Of a stretch of DNA of 64,000 nt, positions 40,117 to 49,072 are shown piece after piece (the stretch's first letter is position 1; every line of letters starts with the position of its first letter). The notes under the pieces were generated by a model, which was not told the origin of the DNA, did not search any database, and saw only the letters and a program-made list of their open reading frames with translations. This DNA comes from a virus, in the IMG/VR virus record IMGVR_UViG_3300045988_046609; one strand, given 5' to 3'. A program made the translations under genes and the position numbers.

Positions 40117-40965
40117 TTAGGATAGATCTTCAATTATTTCATCCTCATTAGAAATATTAGTTCCTGTTCTTATTACTCCATTTAAGCTAAGATTCATATC
40201 TTTAGCTAATTCATCTAATGGAATATCTTCGAAGAGAACAACTTCATCTAAGAATGCTGAAATATTATCAAATGATTTAACTTCCATATGCTCGACAATG
40301 AAGTTCACGACTTCATCTATATTCTTTATTCCTTTATCTTCTGCCATACAGCGTACAAATGCAGAATTAGAGTTTGCTTTGTATTCTTTAAAATAACGAA
40401 CACGTGAACAACGATCAAAGAAGTTATCGTCTATCTGATCTGTTTTGTTACAGGTCATCAATACTAGTTTTTTAGATGTAGCTTCCACACCGTCTAAGAA
40501 TCCTAATAGATCCTTAGTTTCCCACCAATAAGTGTTTTTTTCAATCTCATCAAACATAACTGCTACAGGAGTAGTAAAATGTTTAAAGAAACTAGTAAGT
40601 TTATTAGCAGGGTAGTCGTTTGCGACTATGATAATAGGTAAATTACTTTCTAGGGCAATACGTTTAGAGAGCATTGTTTTGCCTGTACCTTTAGTACCTG
40701 CAAGTAATATACCGGTTGTCTTTCCAGAATTATCAGAATTAAAATAACTTAATACACGTTTGATAAATTTATTATCTTCTTCTAGTTTGTATAATTTCTT
40801 TGGCATGTTCAAATCACCATTTTCTTTGAGATAAGATCTACCTTGCATTCTATCATACTCTAGATCGTATACTTTGTTACTTATGAGTTCATAAGAAATA
40901 CCTTCTAACTTAGGTTTAACTGTAATCTCATTTCCGATCTTAATAAATTCTGCCATAATATTCAT
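40117..40965 (-). CDS. AAA+ ATPase
   Basis: Walker A GILLAGTKGTGKTML and Walker B VAVMFDEIEK. Confidence 0.8.
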   Translation of the reverse strand: MNIMAEFIKIGNEITVKPKLEGISYELISNKVYDLEYDRMQGRSYLKENGDLNMPKKLYKLEEDNKFIKRVLSYFNSDNSGKTTGILLAGTKGTGKTMLSKRIALESNLPIIIVANDYPANKLTSFFKHFTTPVAVMFDEIEKNTYWWETKDLLGFLDGVEATSKKLVLMTCNKTDQIDDNFFDRCSRVRYFKEYKANSNSAFVRCMAEDKGIKNIDEVVNFIVEHMEVKSFDNISAFLDEVVLFEDIPLDELAKDMNLSLNGVIRTGTNISNEDEIIEDLS

Positions 40966-40968
40966 TTT

Positions 40969-41361
40969 TTATGTTTTCAACTTGCTGATTAACTCATCAA
41001 CTTGTTTCTGTGTATGTACCACATAAAACGCTGTATTAGGTTCATGTGTGTACAAATAGTAGTTAAATAACTTTTCACGCAAAGCCCATGTATCATTTGG
41101 ATAGCCTTTGCATTCAATAATAAACTTATCACCTACAAAATCAGGTTTATAAGTTATTGCCCTATATTTCTTATCACCAAAAGTAAAAGCTGGAAGCAGT
41201 TCGTATCGTTGAGTTTCATACTCAGCTTTAATATTTGACTCTTCCAGCTTCTTATATGTATATGTCTCAAGTTTGCTTTTAAACCTAATACCATTATACT
41301 CATTTGGTGTTGCATTGCGAATTTTGCTTTCGCTAGGCTTATTTCTTTTCCTCTACGTCAT
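40969..41361 (-). CDS. T7 endonuclease I-like Holliday junction resolvase; needs TAG read-through at codon 3
   Basis: Absent from the ORF track. ATG ACG TAG AGG... gives MT-TAG-RKRNKPSESKIRNATPNEYNGIRFKSKLETYTYKKLEESNIKAEYE...YKPDFVGDKFIIECKG. No ATG/GTG/TTG start lies downstream of the TAG until near the C-terminus. Stop TAA 40969-40971. Confidence 0.55.
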
Positions 41362-41412
41362 TAGTAATATTAGATTTTCTGGAAATAGTTTTCCTTTCTG
41401 CGGTGAACCATA

Positions 41413-42387
41413 TCATTTGTTAATATTTTTAGTTAACCAATTTTTTACTTTTTCAAATCCATTAGCTTTAATAGCATCAGATATATCCTTTGCCTTAAAT
41501 TTCTTATGGATTAACATACCTTCTAAGCCTGTTTTTTGACTCATTTTACGAAGATATTTTACTCCAGCTCTGTCACGATCAAATAATATAATAATGCGCT
41601 TAAAACGCTTCTTAAGTCTATCTAATACCTTTTCAGGTATAAAGGTTGATTCTGAAGACGGAGATATTGCTGGTATTCCCATTTCGTATAAACACATGAC
41701 GTCTTTCATACTCTTTGTAATAATGAGTATATCTCCAGTCTTAGGTAACTGTTTATAACCTTGAATATCTAATTCAGTTAGGTTATTACGCCATTTTGTA
41801 TATTTGTCGGCTAAAGGTTTATATATCTTAAAATGATTATAAACTTTATATGCATACATTGGATTATCTTCTTTGTAAACGCTTTTTACTATGCCGTTGC
41901 ATAGGTAGTACTTTATACTACTTACTCCAAACTTCTTTAAAGTATCTACCGTAATATTAAACTGCTTCCAGTAATTGATGTCAGTATCAGTGAAATTCTG
42001 ACGTACTACACCAATTACTGTTTCAGTTGACGGTATATATTGCTTAGAGCTAACTAATTGCGTATCTTTAGTAATTTTAAGTTTCTGAATAATATCCTTA
42101 AGTATATCATTATAATTTGTTAATCCAGTATAAATACTTACAAATTTAATAACGTTACCGCATTCTCCAGTTCCATGATCTTTAAACATTAACTGTTTAC
42201 TAGTTCTACTATAGAAACATCCAAATGATGGGTTTCTATCTTTACGAAACGGACTATTGTAAATCATCCCTACTTTAAAATTACCTATATACGCAGCATA
42301 TATATCATACTCCGTTACTTTAGAAAGTATATAATCTAAAGTAATATTATCATCATCGTTTATTATTTTCGTTGTATCGTAAGTCAT
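41413..42387 (-). CDS. DNA primase (zinc-binding plus TOPRIM)
   Basis: NSPFRKDRNPSFGCF zinc-finger-like region and ILFDRDRAGV TOPRIM motif. Start set at ATG 42387 (MTYDTTK...) because the track's 42411 start overlaps a tRNA-like element. Confidence 0.75.
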   Translation of the reverse strand: MTYDTTKIINDDDNITLDYILSKVTEYDIYAAYIGNFKVGMIYNSPFRKDRNPSFGCFYSRTSKQLMFKDHGTGECGNVIKFVSIYTGLTNYNDILKDIIQKLKITKDTQLVSSKQYIPSTETVIGVVRQNFTDTDINYWKQFNITVDTLKKFGVSSIKYYLCNGIVKSVYKEDNPMYAYKVYNHFKIYKPLADKYTKWRNNLTELDIQGYKQLPKTGDILIITKSMKDVMCLYEMGIPAISPSSESTFIPEKVLDRLKKRFKRIIILFDRDRAGVKYLRKMSQKTGLEGMLIHKKFKAKDISDAIKANGFEKVKNWLTKNINK

Positions 42388-42402
42388 ATGATATATTTTT
42401 AG

Positions 42403-42489
42403 TAGGAGCATAGAGATTCGAACTCTATAATAAATAAGAAATATATCTTTTTCTTATTTATACCATATTTCTGAATATCAGAAACTCCT
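42403..42489 (-). ncRNA. tRNA-like element 2 (acceptor stem plus perfect T-arm, two non-tRNA hairpins in between)
   Basis: Minus strand: AGGAGTT..TTTCTGA-TAT-TCAGAAA..ATAAATAAGAAA-AAGATATA-TTTCTTATTTAT..TAGAG-TTCGAAT-CTCTA-TGCTCCT-A. No D-arm or 7-nt anticodon loop. Confidence 0.45.
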
Positions 42490-42493
42490 ATTT

Positions 42494-42559
42494 AAAAACG
42501 TAGGTTGTGCACTATTGTGTGTCACTCATTTTTTCATAGTGCGGTGCACTAACCTACGT
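42494..42559 (-). terminator. long-stem terminator after the SSB gene
   Basis: Minus strand ACGTAGGTTAGTGCAC ... GTGCACAACCTACGT followed by TTTTT. Confidence 0.6.
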
Positions 42560-42606
42560 ATTCCTAGCTTATGCTCTAGGTAGCTACTGTTATTTTATTT
42601 TCTTCT

Positions 42607-43209
42607 TTAAAAAGGAAGATCACCTGTTGGATCAAAAGATGTTTCCATTAGAGGATTAGTATCCTTAGTTTCTACATCTGCTATTACAGGTTTAGTAAAT
42701 TGGTCTATACTCAATTCTGCAATTTTACTCTTTTCTCCTTCAGGAAGATTCATTGGTTCAATAAAAGTAAACTTACAATAATTAGGCAATGTAGTATATC
42801 CCTTTTTATTATATACTATCTTTACTCTAAGTAAAATATTCTTGTTTGCTGCATTTAGCATCATAGCAACCCAATCAACAAAGTCTTTATAAGAAGAACC
42901 AGCAAATACTAGTGCCTCTTTAGGATAGAAACATTCAAGAATTTGCATAATTCTTTTAACTTGTTTACTACCTCTAGTTTGACATTCCTCATCAGACTCT
43001 CCAGGTTTCTTAGTAGATTCCCATTCTGTATGAGTTAAATCTTGTCCTTCTTTAGTAAATTTTACTTCAAGAAAGATATTTCCGTTAATAGACTTGTCAA
43101 CTTTTGCTCCTACAAGCTGTACGTCTTCATGAATACCTGCTTCTAAGTATTTACTTTTTAAAACGTCTGTAGTCTCTATTTTGTTTGCTAATTCTGTGCT
43201 ATAAATCAT
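42607..43209 (-). CDS. single-stranded DNA-binding protein (putative)
   Basis: 200 aa with a C-terminal acidic tip ending ...DPTGDLPF, as in SSB C-termini. Sits in the replication module. Confidence 0.5.
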   Translation of the reverse strand: MIYSTELANKIETTDVLKSKYLEAGIHEDVQLVGAKVDKSINGNIFLEVKFTKEGQDLTHTEWESTKKPGESDEECQTRGSKQVKRIMQILECFYPKEALVFAGSSYKDFVDWVAMMLNAANKNILLRVKIVYNKKGYTTLPNYCKFTFIEPMNLPEGEKSKIAELSIDQFTKPVIADVETKDTNPLMETSFDPTGDLPF

Positions 43210-43223
43210 AACTTAATCATTTT

Positions 43224-43964
43224 TTATTCAGGTAAATAAATTTTGTCCCAATAAGTAGTAATTACATTATCTGCATCACTTTCTGCTACTACTATATTCT
43301 TTCCTCTTAGATGAGGTGCTCTTGCTTCTCTTACAGAATTATCTCCTCCTTCAAAAGAAATATGAGTTTCATTCTTCTTTCTATATACATAGCCTACTGC
43401 ATCCGCTTCACCACATATAATATTTGCAAGTTTACCTACTAAATCAAGAGACATTTCAGATAATTCTTCTCCTTCTTTATTAATCATCTTATCTTTTAAG
43501 TGACCAATTAAGATTAAATTATCGCATAGTTCTTTAAACATATCTATTACTTTTCTTACAGCTTGTTGTAAATATAAGTAACCAGATCCATTTGGCAGTG
43601 TTCTAACATCAGAACCAGTATAACCTTTCCCCATTGGAGTAGCCTTATACAATTGTACTGCAAAACTCATGCACATTTCTTCTAATCTAGAAGCATTATC
43701 TATAGTAATATACTTATAAGGTTTCTTACCTGTTTGTTTAATTTCTTCTTTAATAGCACTAGCTATATCTCCTAAATCCTTTACGGATCTAGCTTGTACA
43801 GCTAATGCTTCCAAAAACTCTGATCCTCCTTCTAAGTCTATAATTAGATTGTTGTCTAATCTAGATACTAAAGTAGTTTTACCAGCTTTTGGTTTGCCAA
43901 ATAGTATTAAAAATCTAGGATTTTCTACCTTGGCTTTTATCTTTTCTTTTGGTAATACAATCAT
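43224..43964 (-). CDS. P-loop ATPase (AAA_24/Sak4-like)
   Basis: Walker A FGKPKAGKTTL. Size and layout fit phage Sak4-type ATPases. Confidence 0.6.
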   Translation of the reverse strand: MIVLPKEKIKAKVENPRFLILFGKPKAGKTTLVSRLDNNLIIDLEGGSEFLEALAVQARSVKDLGDIASAIKEEIKQTGKKPYKYITIDNASRLEEMCMSFAVQLYKATPMGKGYTGSDVRTLPNGSGYLYLQQAVRKVIDMFKELCDNLILIGHLKDKMINKEGEELSEMSLDLVGKLANIICGEADAVGYVYRKKNETHISFEGGDNSVREARAPHLRGKNIVVAESDADNVITTYWDKIYLPE

Positions 43965-43987
43965 AAAGCTTATTTATGTTATATTCC

Positions 43988-44016
43988 TCTGATAAGTTTC
44001 TGATAAGTTTCTGATA
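43988..44016. repeat. tandem 11-bp repeat tctgataagtt x2.6
   Basis: tctgataagtt tctgataagtt tctgata, located in the 70-bp gap upstream of the ATPase gene start. Confidence 0.8.
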
Positions 44017-44034
44017 TATGGAATAATTATTTTA

Positions 44035-44550
44035 TTAGAATAAACCACGATTTTTAATCTTAATCGTGATATTGATAATAGTTTTCTTAGTTTTAGGTTT
44101 CAAATGGTTTAATGAACCTGGCATGATTGGAATAATATCGTATCCAATCTGTACGAAATTATCGAAGATCTTAATAGGAGTACCAAATTCGTCTTCAAAG
44201 TCATAATCTTTCTCAAACGGATAGTTTTCTTTAGCAAATATATCAAGAGCATTAATTGCTTTAAAGAATTCTTTCTCAAGATCGAAATTAATAGTATCTT
44301 CGTTCCAACACTTAAACGGGCAGTTAGCACATTCTTTAGGAAGCCAGCTAACTTTATGAGTATTGCTCAACCCAAGAGTAATAATATCTCCTGCAGATGC
44401 ATACTCTACACCATTATTAGAATATGGATAATCAAATTTACTATCTACTGTCAACCAAGGGTAGGCAGTGATTACTCGTTTCAACAAATTATCTTTATAA
44501 ATTTTTGCAGTATCTTCTTTCTTCGGTAATGTAATTGTATATGTTTTCAT
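44035..44550 (-). CDS. hypothetical protein
   Basis: ORF 44035..44625 trimmed to the internal ATG (MKTYTITLPKK...) that follows the helicase stop. Confidence 0.55.
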   Translation of the reverse strand: MKTYTITLPKKEDTAKIYKDNLLKRVITAYPWLTVDSKFDYPYSNNGVEYASAGDIITLGLSNTHKVSWLPKECANCPFKCWNEDTINFDLEKEFFKAINALDIFAKENYPFEKDYDFEDEFGTPIKIFDNFVQIGYDIIPIMPGSLNHLKPKTKKTIINITIKIKNRGLF

Positions 44551-44566
44551 AATTTTCAGCCTTTTT

Positions 44567-45553
44567 TTAATTGTTATTACTAAACGAAAATTTCTTTGCT
44601 GGTTCTTCGTCTCGTACTGTTTCAATTAAATTATTGTATTTTAGATCGTTATCAAACTCTAATATTGAACATTCGCCTGCATCTCTGTTTTTTAGTATAT
44701 GCAGATAGACTTTGTTCTTAACTAGTAAACGATTCGGTCCATATTGTTGTATATTGAGTAGTTCTGGTCTATGAATACAAATAACATAATCAGAAGCATG
44801 AAATATTGTATCAGCAGAAGAAATATCGCTACGCATTGGATAATGCATAGAAGGATTGTTAATTCTATCAGGAGCTTCAATGTTTCGGTTCATCTGTGAT
44901 AACTGAATTATAGTAGTATTAGGGTATTTTTTTACCTTAATAAATAGTTTCTGTAAATCCGAAATCACTTGCAAGGCAGAAGCTTGACCTTCAACAAGTA
45001 ATGTATGATCTAATATGATCACAAATCTCTTGCCTTTAGCCTTATTCTCATAGAAGTAATCTATAGTAGAAGCTATATTGTCAACTGTTCCCGGTGTATC
45101 TACATAATATATCGGATATGACTTTATTTGTTGAGTTGTTTCTTCAACATTCTCTAATAATTCATCTGTAAGACTATTATTAGCGCTATATAGCTCAGCA
45201 GTAGTTTGCCTTAACTTACTGCTTATTTTTCTACCTACTTGCCTAGAACTTAGCATCTCAAAAGAGAAGTTAAGTACTATAACATCCTGATCAGAATTGA
45301 GATCTATTAAATCGTTTTCTAACGTATTCACAAATGAAGACTTTCCACTACCAGATATACCTACTATAGTATAAATAGTATTGGGTTCAATTCCTCCCAT
45401 ACATTGAGTATTGAACTTCTTCCACCTTGTCTTAAGAGATTCAATCTCATGATTTTTTCTCTTCTTTATATATTCTACTGTCTCTATAGCTGCAGAAGAT
45501 ATATGACGAAATGTAAGTGTATTAGTAGATATCTGTTCCATAATTATTTTCAA
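44567..45553 (-). CDS. DnaB-like replicative helicase (RecA-fold domain)
   Basis: Walker A VGISGSGKSSFV and Walker B FVIILDHTLL. Confidence 0.7.
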   Translation of the reverse strand: MKIIMEQISTNTLTFRHISSAAIETVEYIKKRKNHEIESLKTRWKKFNTQCMGGIEPNTIYTIVGISGSGKSSFVNTLENDLIDLNSDQDVIVLNFSFEMLSSRQVGRKISSKLRQTTAELYSANNSLTDELLENVEETTQQIKSYPIYYVDTPGTVDNIASTIDYFYENKAKGKRFVIILDHTLLVEGQASALQVISDLQKLFIKVKKYPNTTIIQLSQMNRNIEAPDRINNPSMHYPMRSDISSADTIFHASDYVICIHRPELLNIQQYGPNRLLVKNKVYLHILKNRDAGECSILEFDNDLKYNNLIETVRDEEPAKKFSFSNNN

Positions 45554-46088
45554 TTAATGGTTGTTCTACTTTCATTTGCTCTTCATAGGTTTCCCACTCA
45601 TGTTGAGTGAGCCATTTCCACATAGTTTTCATATAACCTATTTTTCCAGTAAGCATTTTATTCTCTATCTCAAATTTAAGACAGTTGCATATATGCTGAT
45701 GCATAGCTTTACTTTTGCCTACTATACGATTATATTCTTTCCTACATTTGTTTACATTAGCTCTTAAGAACCCTTTAGTTCCGTCAGGTCTTATAACATA
45801 AACTGGAAATAGGTCATAAAATTCATCAAACATAGATTTATCTTCTTTTAGAAGTTCAATTAATTTTGATGTTTTACTTATGACTTGGCTACTATCAGAT
45901 TTTGTGATAGTTATTAAACCTTGATTTTCTAACTCTTGTATTTCTTCTTCATTAACTAGGCTGAGAAGTCTCTGAATGTCTTGATTGATGGTTTGATTAT
46001 CATTCAATACAAGCGTTAGGAATACTAACTGATTAATAGATAAATTTTCAATCCGTTCAAGGATTGAGGTGTCTATTTCTAAAATCAT
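45522..46088 (-). CDS. hypothetical replication-module protein
   Basis: 188-aa ORF between the polymerase and helicase genes. Confidence 0.55.
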   Translation of the reverse strand: MILEIDTSILERIENLSINQLVFLTLVLNDNQTINQDIQRLLSLVNEEEIQELENQGLITITKSDSSQVISKTSKLIELLKEDKSMFDEFYDLFPVYVIRPDGTKGFLRANVNKCRKEYNRIVGKSKAMHQHICNCLKFEIENKMLTGKIGYMKTMWKWLTQHEWETYEEQMKVEQPLIENNYGTDIY

Positions 46089-46146
46089 ATTCTCATATTT
46101 TTTACATGAGCTATGTTTTTTCTGAAATATATTTGATAAGTCTTTG

Positions 46147-48096
46147 TTAATCCCATAGACTCATTTGTAACGGTTTTAATTCACGGATTATTTTATAGGC
46201 TTCCATAATATAGTACCTATAATTAATCTTTCTCTCTTCAATTGGTTTATCATCTAAGTAATTTAATAAAGTAACACCAGACGCAGTAAGCATATTCTGA
46301 TACTGTTTTTCTGTAGGACATGGAATACTTATATCAAAACGATTAGTATCTTTTTCCTTCCATTTCCATAGATAAGCACCATTAGTACTTGCATAGAAAC
46401 GATTAGTCCTTTGTTGTTCTTTATTATTATACTCAATATGCCATTGTTTACCAGTTTTTTCAGCCATTAGAAAATCTCTAATATCTTGGCAACCTTTTAT
46501 AGTTTCTTCTACTGGTACTCCGTTCTTAAAAAAGTTTATTACTGCTTTCGGTATGATCTTCGGAGTTAAACCTTTCCCTAATTTCACAGTAGTAATAAAC
46601 ATACCCTTTTCTTTTACTTTATCATCTTCAGTAATAGCAAAGTAGTCATTTATAGCACATTGATACATAGCCTTAAAACGTTCCTCTTCTAAAGTAAGTT
46701 TAGTAAGTTGTTCCCATTCTCTACATACTTTGTTTACACTAACATATACAGATTTTTTAAGTAATACAAACAAACCGTCTGTATTAGCTTGGATGATTCG
46801 GCATCCTAATTGGGTTAGTTTTTCAGCTAGCATTAACAATAGAAGCTGACCGTTAATTCGGATTTTCATAACAGCTTCTGGACTATAACAGAAATTATGT
46901 GGATTCTGTAAGTTACCTGATAATCCATTGAGAGCAAGCTTTAAGGTTTCGTTTTTAACCTTATTGCCATTGTGTTTAGCTTCGATACGCTCATCTTTAA
47001 TTTGCTTATATACTTCTAAGAACTCAGGTCCTAAATGTTTAGGATAGAACCCATATTCTATTAGCATACTTGGATATAGTGATGCAACATCTATATCAAT
47101 GAGCATTTCATCTTCTTTTGGTATAACTATTTCAGGATCATTTACTGAATGAATTCCTCCAACTCCTACAGAATATCTTAGTCCTTCAAATATGAATTTA
47201 TTTTCATATCCTTTTCTTCCTGGAGATACTATTTGACTTTTCATATCATCTAGTACTCCTTGAAGTATCGGACTGTCATACTTAATAAATGGTAGTATTA
47301 CCTTATTTAATGGTATTACATCCATTGGAGATCTTAAATCTTTAATATCATACCAGGTTTGACCTGTTTTTTCAAGATATTTCTGTGTTAAAATCTTCAT
47401 TCCAATGTTTACTCCGTCTTTACTAAGTACTCTTACTCCGTATTCATCTTCAATAGCTAACCTTAAATCTACATCTTTTTTACATCTATTGAGTAATTCC
47501 TCAGTAGAATTAACATCATTAATATTATATTCAATCATTGAATCTATCTGATTTTCAGGTAAATCTGCCTGCCAATCTGCAACAAATTCTTGTACATTTT
47601 TGTATTGCATTGTTACTTGAATCTCTTTCAAACCTACTCTTAACTTATTACTATAAAGCATAGTAAGAATATCAAACGAATCAAAACAGATCATATATTT
47701 CCACTTACTCCATGCTCTAATATCATCTTCGCTAGAAGTAGTAATTACTTTACTTAAATTAAATATAGATCTACATATATCTCTATATCCTTTGTATTTC
47801 ATTATAATATAATAATCTATTATGTAATTTATAATAGGATTATCGTAATGAAGATTATTATAACCACAAAATAATTTATCAGTATTTAACTGAATTTTCG
47901 TAGTATATAAATCTCCGAAAGTATAATCTGTATCAACGGTATGAAAGAAATTAACTAATTCATCTAATTGATTTCTTCTGCAAGATATTTCAAATTTATG
48001 CAACTCACCTGTTTCTGTATTTTTTACAGTACAATGGAAAACATTGGGGAATACCTCAATATCATATACATAAACAATCTTATCTCGTATAATCAT
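46147..48096 (-). CDS. family B DNA polymerase
   Basis: Exo motifs (YNNLHYDNPII, YNINDV) and pol motifs DVASLYPS, KLALNGLSGNL and QANTDGLFV, in canonical order. Confidence 0.85.
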   Translation of the reverse strand: MIIRDKIVYVYDIEVFPNVFHCTVKNTETGELHKFEISCRRNQLDELVNFFHTVDTDYTFGDLYTTKIQLNTDKLFCGYNNLHYDNPIINYIIDYYIIMKYKGYRDICRSIFNLSKVITTSSEDDIRAWSKWKYMICFDSFDILTMLYSNKLRVGLKEIQVTMQYKNVQEFVADWQADLPENQIDSMIEYNINDVNSTEELLNRCKKDVDLRLAIEDEYGVRVLSKDGVNIGMKILTQKYLEKTGQTWYDIKDLRSPMDVIPLNKVILPFIKYDSPILQGVLDDMKSQIVSPGRKGYENKFIFEGLRYSVGVGGIHSVNDPEIVIPKEDEMLIDIDVASLYPSMLIEYGFYPKHLGPEFLEVYKQIKDERIEAKHNGNKVKNETLKLALNGLSGNLQNPHNFCYSPEAVMKIRINGQLLLLMLAEKLTQLGCRIIQANTDGLFVLLKKSVYVSVNKVCREWEQLTKLTLEEERFKAMYQCAINDYFAITEDDKVKEKGMFITTVKLGKGLTPKIIPKAVINFFKNGVPVEETIKGCQDIRDFLMAEKTGKQWHIEYNNKEQQRTNRFYASTNGAYLWKWKEKDTNRFDISIPCPTEKQYQNMLTASGVTLLNYLDDKPIEERKINYRYYIMEAYKIIRELKPLQMSLWD

Positions 48097-48116
48097 AATA
48101 TAATAATGTTAGTTTG

Positions 48117-48233
48117 TTCCCTATTTCGGATTTGAACCGACGACCTCCCCTAACATATACGAATATATAGTAATACGAATATTACATCAATATATACGAA
48201 TTACAGGATGCTCTACCACTGAGCTACTAGGGA
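48117..48233 (-). ncRNA. tRNA-like element 1 (canonical acceptor, D and T arms; anticodon arm replaced by a ~61-nt AT-rich rod)
   Basis: Minus strand: TCCCTAG-TA-GCTC-AGTGGTA-GAGC-A-TCCTG-[51 nt with 3 copies of ATTCGTAT]-TAGGG-GAGGTC-GTCGG-TTCAAAT-CCGAA-ATAGGGA-A. No U33-NNN-R37 loop found. Confidence 0.6.
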
Positions 48234-48242
48234 TCCATGAAA

Positions 48243-48854
48243 TTATGCTGCAAGCAATTTTGACTTAGTATAATATATAATATTATTATCTTTACTATCC
48301 TGGATTCTAATACCAGTTACATCATCATTGTCTGCATATTTTTTAGCTATTTTCATAGCTTTATTTTTAGCGTCTTCACGAGAAGATGCTTTAAAATAGT
48401 CTGTCAAAAAATCATAATCTCTTTGTGGATTATCTTCTGACTTTTTCTGTACTACATACTGAAATGTACGTATATCAGCTTTTTCTTTTATTGATAATTC
48501 AGCAGCAGTATATCCTTTCTGAATCTTTTTATTAACAAATTCAGAAATATGTTTGCGCTCTTTAAGCAATTGTTCTCGTAATCCTTGCTTAATTTTAATG
48601 CGCTCCTTTATCTGTTCTTTAGTTAACGTAACAGGTTTTGGTTTTTCAAATAATTTGTTCTTTACAATACGTGTAAATTTACGTTTTTCCTTACTAGTAT
48701 ACTTGTTAGTAGGATCATATCCTGCTTCTTTAAGTATTTGTTTAATGCGTTCTTTCTTAGAAAGCTTAGCATTTTTATTCTCATTACGAGATTCTGTTGC
48801 TATTTTTGTTGTATATTCTGCTTGACGCTTATCTATATAAATAACTTTTTCCAT
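48243..48854 (-). CDS. Lys-rich hypothetical protein
   Basis: 203-aa ORF with TAA stop. Confidence 0.6.
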   Translation of the reverse strand: MEKVIYIDKRQAEYTTKIATESRNENKNAKLSKKERIKQILKEAGYDPTNKYTSKEKRKFTRIVKNKLFEKPKPVTLTKEQIKERIKIKQGLREQLLKERKHISEFVNKKIQKGYTAAELSIKEKADIRTFQYVVQKKSEDNPQRDYDFLTDYFKASSREDAKNKAMKIAKKYADNDDVTGIRIQDSKDNNIIYYTKSKLLAA

Positions 48855-48868
48855 AATCTTGATAATTT

Positions 48869-49072
48869 TTATTCTTTATTACTTGTTAAGTAAAATCCTT
48901 GTATTTTCTTAGGAGACTTAACGTTACTATTCTCTTTGTACTTTATAGTTACATAATTATAACCTAATATAATATGTTCTATATCTGTACAAGTATTAAG
49001 AGCATCGTTTACACGATGCTCAAAATGCTTATTAGTTTCAAATAAACCTTTTCTAATATATTTAGCTTTCAT
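48869..49072 (-). CDS. hypothetical protein
   Basis: 67-aa ORF abutting its neighbours. Confidence 0.5.
   Translation of the reverse strand: MKAKYIRKGLFETNKHFEHRVNDALNTCTDIEHIILGYNYVTIKYKENSNVKSPKKIQGFYLTSNKE

Noticed and set aside
48117-48233. Calling element 1 the TAG (CUA) suppressor tRNA.
   Set aside because: The only CTA in the insert is preceded by A rather than U33 and is not in a 7-nt loop. Without a defined splice, no anticodon can be assigned.
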